Under the pieces are notes generated by a model. That model was given only the letters and a program-made list of their open reading frames with translations, did no database searches and had not been told where the DNA came from. Shown here piece after piece: positions 29,888 through 36,642 of a DNA stretch of 36,642 bases (positions within the stretch are counted from its first letter, which is position 1; each line of letters opens with the position of its first letter). The stretch comes from Rhodoferax sp. GTDB taxonomy: Bacteria > Pseudomonadota > Gammaproteobacteria > Burkholderiales > Burkholderiaceae_C. The stretch covers positions 1-36,642 of the forward strand of contig JBIKZP010000001.1 of the NCBI GenBank assembly GCA_044354655.1, read 5' to 3'. The position numbers and the translations under genes were made by a program.

Positions 29888-31138
29888 TCAGCGCTGCAGC
29901 AAGGTGACAGCACAGGCTGCCTCATCGAAACCCATCACACCCCCGCCGTTTTCAGCCAAGCCAATGTCAGCATCCATGACCTGACGGGGACCGCATTCAC
30001 CGCGAAGCTGACCCACCAATTCGTAAATCATCGACAGGCCGGTTGCCCCGACTGGATGTCCCTTTGAGACCAGGCCCCCAGATAGGTTGGTCGGAATGCG
30101 GCCGCCAAGCGCAGTGGCACCGCTGGCTACAAATGCTCCGCCTGAACCGATGTCGCAAAAACCGAGCATCTCCGCCTGGTAGATTTCACAAAATGATGTT
30201 GCGTCATGTACTTCGGCTACATCAAGGTCTTGCGGTGTTATGCCCGCTGCTGCATAGGCACGCTTGGCAGCCAGCTGAGAGAGTCCTGGTTCATCGAGGC
30301 GACGATATTTACCGCCTGTCAATATGCTCGCGCGTACCCGAATTGCACGCTCTCGGACCGCTGCAGGCATCTCTTTGAGCGCACGCGCCGAACAAAGCAG
30401 CCCCGCCGCCGCGCCATCCCCAATCGGTGAACACATGGATCGCGTGAGTGGCCAACTTACCTCCCTGTCGTTCAAAACCTCTTGCTGTGTCACCTCAAAC
30501 CGGTATTGCGCTTTGGGGTTTAGCGCGCCCATGGCATGGTTTTTTGATGCAGCAAAGGCAATCTGTTCACGCGTTGTACCAAAGGTTTTCATATGGTACG
30601 CCGCTTGCATTGCATAGGTGTCCATGAAGAGGGTTCCACCTGCCGCATTGGGCAAAAATGGTTTACCAGACCTTTCGCCAGCCTCCTGGTAGTAGGCCAT
30701 CCACTCCTGGGGGTCAAGCTGATCGATACCCCCTTCAAAAATTTCTTGAGTTTTGCCCGGGTCTTCAGGGAAAAACGTCTTCTCGACCCCGATCGCCAGC
30801 GACAGATCGGCCTGCCCGGAGAGGATGTCTTTGTAGGCGCCATGCAATGCCATGGAGGCAGTGGCACATCCACCCTCGACGTTGATCATGGGTACGCGCT
30901 CAGGAAACAGTCCATCACGCACCAATGGCGTGAAGCAGACCTGACCACGAATATTGCGTTGTCCAAAGGTACCCATTCCGCAGTTGCCAAACCAGGCCTG
31001 CTCGATGCGCTCTCCACTGGAGAGTCCAGCATCGGCCAATACGTCAAGATAAGCTTGCCGAGTCAAGTCCTTGAAGCTTCTGTTGGCTTGCTTGCCAAAC
31101 TGCGTGCAGGACACGCCAATCAAATAAACATCGTCCAC
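29888..31138 (-). CDS. SCP2/SCP-x-type thiolase family protein
   Basis: VEGGCATAS, GVEK, DGAAA, EVHDAT, SGGL.SKGHPVGATG, ENGGG. Confidence 0.9.
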   Translation of the reverse strand: MDDVYLIGVSCTQFGKQANRSFKDLTRQAYLDVLADAGLSSGERIEQAWFGNCGMGTFGQRNIRGQVCFTPLVRDGLFPERVPMINVEGGCATASMALHGAYKDILSGQADLSLAIGVEKTFFPEDPGKTQEIFEGGIDQLDPQEWMAYYQEAGERSGKPFLPNAAGGTLFMDTYAMQAAYHMKTFGTTREQIAFAASKNHAMGALNPKAQYRFEVTQQEVLNDREVSWPLTRSMCSPIGDGAAAGLLCSARALKEMPAAVRERAIRVRASILTGGKYRRLDEPGLSQLAAKRAYAAAGITPQDLDVAEVHDATSFCEIYQAEMLGFCDIGSGGAFVASGATALGGRIPTNLSGGLVSKGHPVGATGLSMIYELVGQLRGECGPRQVMDADIGLAENGGGVMGFDEAACAVTLLQR

Positions 31139-31166
31139 TTTTGGTTCCCTTTAGACCGAGCTCGTA

Positions 31167-32390
31167 CTAGGTTAGAAAAATGGGCAGCTGCGATGGTCCG
31201 CGCATAACCAGTGCATCTATCCAGTCCACTTTTCCGATACCACGACGGAGGTTCGGGTATCGGGCTACCAACTGGCCAAGGCAGACCTTGGCCTCAAGTC
31301 TTGCCAGCGGCGCGCCTAAGCAAAAGTGCACCCCCTGGCCGAAGGTCAAGTGCCGATTAGGCGAACGCCCCAAGTCCAACTGGTTGGGAAGCTCGAACCG
31401 TCGCGGGTCGCGATTGGCCGCGTTGATCATGGCAAAGACTCGATCGCCCTCATGCAGCGTTTTATCCCCCAATTGATGGTCACGTGCGACGACTCTGGCG
31501 ATGCTGTTGCTGGGGCCGTCGTAGCGCAAAAATTCCTCGACCGCCAAGGTAATCAGACCAGGATCGCTTTTGAGCCGCTGCAACTGATCCGGATGGTCCA
31601 ATAAAGCAACAACAGCACTGCCCAACAGATTGGTTGTGGTTTCATGTCCGCCAAAAAGGATCAGCATGCAGGTCGCAATCAATTCGTCTTCGTTCAACGA
31701 CCCATGCTCATCACGGGCTGCAATCATCAGACTGATGACATCAGCACCAGGATGATTTCGCCGCTGCTGGATAATTTCCTTGAAATAGGCAGCCATATGA
31801 TCAGCACCATCGCGCGCCTTGCGGTACTTGTCCCCTCCCCCTTTGGCAGTTCCGATGAAGAGCCTGAGATCATCTGACCAGACCTTGATTCTTTCAAAGT
31901 CCACGCGCGGCACGCCCAGCATGTCCAAGATCACGTAGGCGGGCACCAAGACCGCAACCTCCTTCATGAAGTCCATCTCAGCGCGGTCATCACACTGTTG
32001 GAAGATGTGGTCAACCGTCTGAACTATCTGTGCCTCGAGCGCCGCAATCATCGCTGGCGTAAATACCGAATTGAGTAGCTTGCGCAGGCGGGTATGTTCG
32101 GGCGGCGCCTTGAAAACCAGCCAGAGATTGAGATACCGCATCACCCCAGAAAGGATATCCCGACGTTCGTCCTTCAGAGACTCATAAAACGGCCGCAGCC
32201 GATCTGAGGACATGTTCGTCGACATCGCCACTTGGCGTACATCGTCGTATCGCGTAATCACCCAACTGCGCAGCGGCTCGCTCCAATGCACGGGGTCGTA
32301 CGCTTGAAGCGCCTGATAAATAGGAAACGGATTACACCTGATCGCGTCATCCGCTGGATCGTAGACAGGCATGGCGTGTGATTCATTCAT
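31167..32390 (-). CDS. Cytochrome P450
   Basis: PP.HTRLR, I-helix GGHETT, EEFLR (ExxR), AANRDP, heme motif FGQGVHFCLG. Confidence 0.96.
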   Translation of the reverse strand: MNESHAMPVYDPADDAIRCNPFPIYQALQAYDPVHWSEPLRSWVITRYDDVRQVAMSTNMSSDRLRPFYESLKDERRDILSGVMRYLNLWLVFKAPPEHTRLRKLLNSVFTPAMIAALEAQIVQTVDHIFQQCDDRAEMDFMKEVAVLVPAYVILDMLGVPRVDFERIKVWSDDLRLFIGTAKGGGDKYRKARDGADHMAAYFKEIIQQRRNHPGADVISLMIAARDEHGSLNEDELIATCMLILFGGHETTTNLLGSAVVALLDHPDQLQRLKSDPGLITLAVEEFLRYDGPSNSIARVVARDHQLGDKTLHEGDRVFAMINAANRDPRRFELPNQLDLGRSPNRHLTFGQGVHFCLGAPLARLEAKVCLGQLVARYPNLRRGIGKVDWIDALVMRGPSQLPIFLT

Positions 32391-33409
32391 ATATCAAGTA
32401 CCAGACAGGCCGTCAGAGCGCGCGAACAACAAGGCGTGAAGGCGTCGTTTCGCATTTGCTCCTCCGGCAACATGAATTGATCACGGTGATCTGGCAACCC
32501 GTCAAGCACCGTGGTCAGGCAAGACCCGCAAAAGCCCTGCTCACAAGAGACAAGAATGTTCACGCCGACCGCCGCCAGGGCTTGAACCACGGTTTTTCCG
32601 GCAGGGACTTCGACTACCTGGCCGGTCGATTGAATTTTGACCATGAACGCCTGTTCGGCACTCGTTCGTTCAGGTGTTACAGAAGGCGCTGCAGAAAACA
32701 ACTCTCTACGGATGCGCGCTGCTGGAATGCCGAAGGAATGTGCTGCGGCCGCAACGGCTTCCATAAACCCAAAGGGCCCGCAGATGTAGACCAAACTCCT
32801 CGCATCCGCCAGCGAGAAGATACTGCTGATCGGCGTTGGCGTTTCCTCATCGAATGACAGATGAAACTTGTCTGCGAATGAAGCACCGCTCAATTGCTCG
32901 AGAAAAGCGCAGGACGATCTGCGGCGCGAGTGATAGTGCAGGCGAAACGGCAGGCCGCGTGCATTCAATGCATTAGCCATACTGATTAATGGCGTTATTC
33001 CAATGCCTCCCGCTATCAAGACCACTGGGGCCTGCCCCGCTTCGAGAGGGAAATGGTTGGCTGGTCCTCGCGCAACAAGTAGGGCGCCCAGCTGAGCGTT
33101 TTCATGAAGCCAGACCGACCCGCCACGTCCTGCCGCATCGGCCAAGATGGCGATATGCCATGTTGCGCTGTCGGCTGGGCCACATAGCGAGTACTGCCGA
33201 GCGACCGGTTTACCGCTGAAGTCCTGCGTCGCCAGCGCAATATGGGCTCCTGGCGCCCAGGATGGCAGCACCCCATGATCCGGGCGCCCGAGTTCAATAA
33301 GAACGATGCCCTCGGCGACTGTTTGCCGGGACAGCACCCGTACCTCAAAGTTTGCCAGTGTTGAAAGTGCCGTGATCTGCACACGCTGATCGCAGCCCGC
33401 GAGCTGCAT
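32387..33409 (-). CDS. PDR/VanB family FMN/[2Fe-2S] oxidoreductase (probable P450 redox partner)
   Basis: PGAHI, RQYSLC, GRGGS, AGGIGITP, YICGP, SCEQGFCGSC, TPCCSR. Start uncertain: the ORF-track start 33502 overlaps a probable promoter/operator, so a downstream start (33451, 33409 or later) is more likely. Confidence 0.9.
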   Translation of the reverse strand: MQLAGCDQRVQITALSTLANFEVRVLSRQTVAEGIVLIELGRPDHGVLPSWAPGAHIALATQDFSGKPVARQYSLCGPADSATWHIAILADAAGRGGSVWLHENAQLGALLVARGPANHFPLEAGQAPVVLIAGGIGITPLISMANALNARGLPFRLHYHSRRRSSCAFLEQLSGASFADKFHLSFDEETPTPISSIFSLADARSLVYICGPFGFMEAVAAAAHSFGIPAARIRRELFSAAPSVTPERTSAEQAFMVKIQSTGQVVEVPAGKTVVQALAAVGVNILVSCEQGFCGSCLTTVLDGLPDHRDQFMLPEEQMRNDAFTPCCSRALTACLVLDI

Positions 33410-33477
33410 CTCGTCAGTGTCTAAATTTATTGTCCCAAACGTTTCAACCATACGCTCTAGCGTACCAGATCGACCAG

Positions 33478-33497
33478 AACCAAACAAGTGTTTGGTT
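33478..33497. promoter_or_regulatory. 20-bp palindromic operator AACCAAACA-AG-TGTTTGGTT (putative TetR site)
   Basis: Perfect 9-bp arms, lying 3 nt downstream of a minus-strand GATAAT (-10-like, 33501-33506). Confidence 0.7.
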
Positions 33498-33580
33498 ATC
33501 ATTATCGCCTAGGGTTTTCACTGACCATCATTGACGGAGCGCTGCTCTCTGAATGAAGTCTTTCGAGCGGTCATTGAGGA

Positions 33581-34639
33581 TCAGGCCCGGGCTGCTACCC
33601 GGTCCATCCACGCACCTTTGAGCAGCACTTTTCCAGATCGGCCGCTGCGCCCTGCATGGGCGAGTGCCTCATGTACTTTTTCGAGCGGATAGACGGCTTC
33701 GACCTCCATTTTGAGTTGGCCGGCTTGGACCATGGCGACGAGTTCTGGGTAGAGCGTTCGCGCCAAACTGCGGTTCTCGGCGTTGGCAAACCAATTGGCC
33801 AACCAGAAGCCCTGCACTCGAATATCCCGAAAGACCAAATCATGGGCAGGCACCTCACACGGTTGACCACTCAGCAATCCATAAACCACCAACAACGAGC
33901 TGTCTGCCAGACAATGTGCGAGGCTACTGGAGGACTGCCCTCCCACCGCATCCAGTGCCAATCGCGGCAACTCGCCTCCGGTGGCCTCAAGAACTTTATT
34001 GCGTAGCGCAGGTCCACTCAGGTCGGTGTCGACGATCCAAACCGAGTCGCGTGTATCGGGCTGGCCAATGGCGTCGATTCGACGCACGATATTAACGATC
34101 CTTAGTCCGAGACTCTGAGCCATCTGGCGCACGCACTGCCCCACCGCCGAATTGGCAGCGTTTTGGATAACCCAGTCGCCACTTTCCATCTTGCGCATAT
34201 GCCTGAGAAAAATCCAGGCTGTGGCGGGATTTGCGGTCAGCATGGCGCATTGCAGAACATCGGCATTGACCGGAATGGACACCAAGAAACGGCGCGAGAC
34301 AACGCGCTCGTCGACCCAGCAACCACCGGGAGCCATGGGCAGGACATGATCGCCAATAACCAGGTCTCGAACATCTGACGCCACTTCCAGCACCACCGCG
34401 ACACCCTCGTGACCTGGCAAATAGGGCAGTGGCGGTTTCACGCCGTATCGTCCATCGACTTGTAAGAGATCCGCGGGATTGATTGTCATAGCCAGCATTC
34501 CAATGCGAACTTGACCGCTTTGGAGGGGTTCGCGAGCCACCTGACCTATTTGTACGCGTTCGGAAATAGGAAGTGCGGGGTCCGTAGACACCACCTGCGC
34601 GCATCGGGGCAGAGCATATTGGGAAGAATCTGTGACCAT
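33581..34639 (-). CDS. MDR-family 2-enoyl thioester reductase-like (MECR/Etr1) NADPH oxidoreductase
   Basis: INPADL...GRY, PGHEG, ANPATA, QNAANSAVG, YG.LSG, GFWL, GKVLL. Confidence 0.87.
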   Translation of the reverse strand: MVTDSSQYALPRCAQVVSTDPALPISERVQIGQVAREPLQSGQVRIGMLAMTINPADLLQVDGRYGVKPPLPYLPGHEGVAVVLEVASDVRDLVIGDHVLPMAPGGCWVDERVVSRRFLVSIPVNADVLQCAMLTANPATAWIFLRHMRKMESGDWVIQNAANSAVGQCVRQMAQSLGLRIVNIVRRIDAIGQPDTRDSVWIVDTDLSGPALRNKVLEATGGELPRLALDAVGGQSSSSLAHCLADSSLLVVYGLLSGQPCEVPAHDLVFRDIRVQGFWLANWFANAENRSLARTLYPELVAMVQAGQLKMEVEAVYPLEKVHEALAHAGRSGRSGKVLLKGAWMDRVAARA

Positions 34640-34773
34640 AGATATCAATGAGTTACATCGAACAGTGGGTTAACTAGTATCGCGCTTTTGCATTTTTCTT
34701 TCGTCTGCCTAAGGCCACCTTAGCGCCTCTAAAACACCTGCGCCGACAAATTCTGACTTGATGGGCTGCGTGC

Positions 34774-34803
34774 CATCCCTCATCCCTCATCACTCATCAC
34801 TCA
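34774..34803 (+). repeat. Heptamer tandem repeat (CATCCCT)2(CATCACT)2CA
   Basis: Read directly from the sequence, just downstream of the carboxypeptidase stop. Confidence 0.7.
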
Positions 34804-34826
34804 ACTGCGTGCATGGCTGGTGGTGC

Positions 34827-36353
34827 TCAGCCTGCGTATTTGTTGCGCAGGTAGGCGAGGTAGGGTTCGGCTTCCAGCGCACGCCCGGTGGTCCGGGTCA
34901 ACATCTCGTCACGCGTGAAGCGCCGGCCGTGTTGCCACACTTCATGTCGCAGCTTGTCAGCCAGCACAGCGTAGTCGCCGCGGGCGATGGCCGCATCCAG
35001 GCCAGCATCGCTGCGGCGCAGGCTGTCCATCAGTTGTGCGGCGGTCACGTTGCCGATGGTGTAAGACGGGAAGGACCCGACATAGCCGGTCGACCAGTGG
35101 ATATCCTGCAGCACCCCCTGAGCATCGTTGGGCACCTCAATGCCCAGGTCGCGGCGAATGGTGTCGTTCCAGACACGGGGCAGGTCCGACACGTCGAGCG
35201 AGCCGTCCATCAGCGCACATTCCAGTTCCACACGCAGCATCACATGCAGGTCGTAGGTGAGCTCGTCGGCTTCGACACGAATTAGGCCGGGCTCGGTGTG
35301 GGTGACCGCGCGGTAGAAGGCCTCGGCATCGACATCACCCAGTTGCTCGGGGAAGTGGGACTGCAGGCCCGCAAAGTTCAGGCGCCAGAAATCGCGGCTG
35401 CGTACGATGTGGTTCTCCCACAGGCGCGACTGCGATTCGTGCATGCCGAAGCTGGTACCACCCACCGCATACAGTCCGATCAAGTCGGTGGCGAATACAG
35501 TGCGCGTGTAAGCCGGCGAGACGCCCTGCTCGTAAAGGGCGTGACCGGTCTCATGCGCTGTGCCAAACAGCGACGCGGGCAGGAAGTTGCGGTTGTAACG
35601 CGTGGTAATGCGCACATCCTCGCGCGTGAACGACACCTCGAACGGGTGCACCGTGCTGTCAAGCCGGCCACGCTGAAAGTCGTACCCCAGCCGCTCGGCC
35701 AACTGCCGGCCAAAAGCGCGTTGCCCGTCTTCGGGAAAGTCGCGAAACAGGAAGTCGCGCCGTGCCGGCGGCCGGGCCCGGGCTTTTTGCAGAATCGGCA
35801 GGATGCCAGCACGCAATTCGGCGAACAGACGCTTGAGGCTGACCGCGGTCTCGCCCGGCTCATACGCGGCCACCATCGCGTCATACGGGTGGCCGGTCCA
35901 TCCTGCGCAGTCGGCGTGCTGGCGCGAGAGCGCCATGGTTTTCTTCAGGTGCGGTGCGAACAGCGAGAAGTCGCTGCGCGCGCGCGCCTCGATCCAGGCG
36001 GCCTGAGCCACGGTGCGCAAGGCAGCACGTTGCTGGGTCAGTGCGGCAGGCACGCGCCGGTGGTGCTCCACGGCCTGGCGAATCTGGCTCACCATCGCGT
36101 GGCGCAGGTCGTTTGGGGCGGCGTTCACCAGTGACGATTCGGCGGTGTCCAGCGCGCGTGCGGTGTCGGCATGCAGCAGCAGGTCGAGGGCCACCCGCGT
36201 CAGCGTGGCGATTTGCAAGCCGCGGCTGGCGGCGCCCCCGGCGGGCATCATGGTACGGGAATCCCACACCAACACCGAGGCGGCATTGAGCACATCGTTG
36301 ATCGCGCCAATGCGTTCATCCAGCGAGGTAAAGGAGGTTGAGGCAGCGTTCAT
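34827..36353 (-). CDS. Carboxypeptidase, peptidase family M32
   Basis: WD..T.MP, HPF, VRITTR, HETGH (HExxH), HESQS, IRVEADE, QDIHW, FPSY. Confidence 0.95.
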   Translation of the reverse strand: MNAASTSFTSLDERIGAINDVLNAASVLVWDSRTMMPAGGAASRGLQIATLTRVALDLLLHADTARALDTAESSLVNAAPNDLRHAMVSQIRQAVEHHRRVPAALTQQRAALRTVAQAAWIEARARSDFSLFAPHLKKTMALSRQHADCAGWTGHPYDAMVAAYEPGETAVSLKRLFAELRAGILPILQKARARPPARRDFLFRDFPEDGQRAFGRQLAERLGYDFQRGRLDSTVHPFEVSFTREDVRITTRYNRNFLPASLFGTAHETGHALYEQGVSPAYTRTVFATDLIGLYAVGGTSFGMHESQSRLWENHIVRSRDFWRLNFAGLQSHFPEQLGDVDAEAFYRAVTHTEPGLIRVEADELTYDLHVMLRVELECALMDGSLDVSDLPRVWNDTIRRDLGIEVPNDAQGVLQDIHWSTGYVGSFPSYTIGNVTAAQLMDSLRRSDAGLDAAIARGDYAVLADKLRHEVWQHGRRFTRDEMLTRTTGRALEAEPYLAYLRNKYAG

Positions 36354-36375
36354 GGTGAGTAAGGGTTAAAGAGGG

Positions 36376-36642
36376 CTAGCCGACGCCACCGGTATGCAGG
36401 TGGCAAGCCGTATCGTGTCCTGCGGCGACCGGTGCCAGTATCGGCACCTCGGTGCGGCAGCGCGGCCCGGCATGGGGGCAGCGGGGATGGAAGTGGCAAC
36501 CTGCGGGCGGATGCAACGCCGACGGAATCTCTCCTGCAATCGGCTTGAACACTTGTCGCCCAATGCCGACACGCGGCACACTTTCGAACAGGGCTTTGGT
36601 GTAGGGGTGGCTGGGCGCGGCGTACAACTCAGCCGTAGGCGC
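36376..36642 (-). CDS. Oligopeptide/dipeptide ABC transporter ATP-binding protein, C-terminal part (truncated by window edge)
   Basis: P.HPYT.AL, GEIPS...PP.GC.FHPRCP...C...ACHL. Confidence 0.9.
   Translation of the reverse strand, partial: APTAELYAAPSHPYTKALFESVPRVGIGRQVFKPIAGEIPSALHPPAGCHFHPRCPHAGPRCRTEVPILAPVAAGHDTACHLHTGGVG

Noticed and set aside
34774-34803. Heptamer repeat as a CRISPR array or phase-variation switch
   Set aside because: No spacers or cas genes; only four imperfect units, located just downstream of a stop codon.

Overview
A GC-mosaic, catabolism-rich betaproteobacterial window (Comamonadaceae-like, inferred from the Bug/TctC and Liv transporters and gene style). It has five blocks. 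(1) 1-5067 (+): an atypical thiolase (partial), a carotenoid-cleavage-type oxygenase, an alpha/beta hydrolase, a Bug receptor and a CaiB/BaiF CoA-transferase. (2) 5289-8923: three tiny AT-rich membrane ORFs facing fghA-frmA, a DUF393-like gene and a DUF2237-like gene. (3) 9085-23040: an IclR-centred locus. It combines a Liv-type ABC importer with a seven-gene operon (MBL hydrolase, VAO/PCMH flavoprotein, LeuC-like, LeuD-like, ICL/PEP-mutase-family enzyme, tandem alpha/beta hydrolase, D-2-hydroxyacid dehydrogenase). The LeuC/LeuD pair, the lyase and the tandem hydrolase all have remodelled catalytic motifs, and both operons share an identically spaced composite upstream element. This is the best candidate for an undescribed pathway. 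(4) 23334-34639: a TetR-associated P450 + PDR/VanB-reductase + CoA-ligase/thiolase locus, with a 20-bp palindromic operator candidate. (5) 34827-end: a high-GC M32 carboxypeptidase and a partial oligopeptide ABC ATPase. I saw no rRNA, tRNA, CRISPR array or intact transposase. All calls come from motif recognition by eye; no database searches were run.
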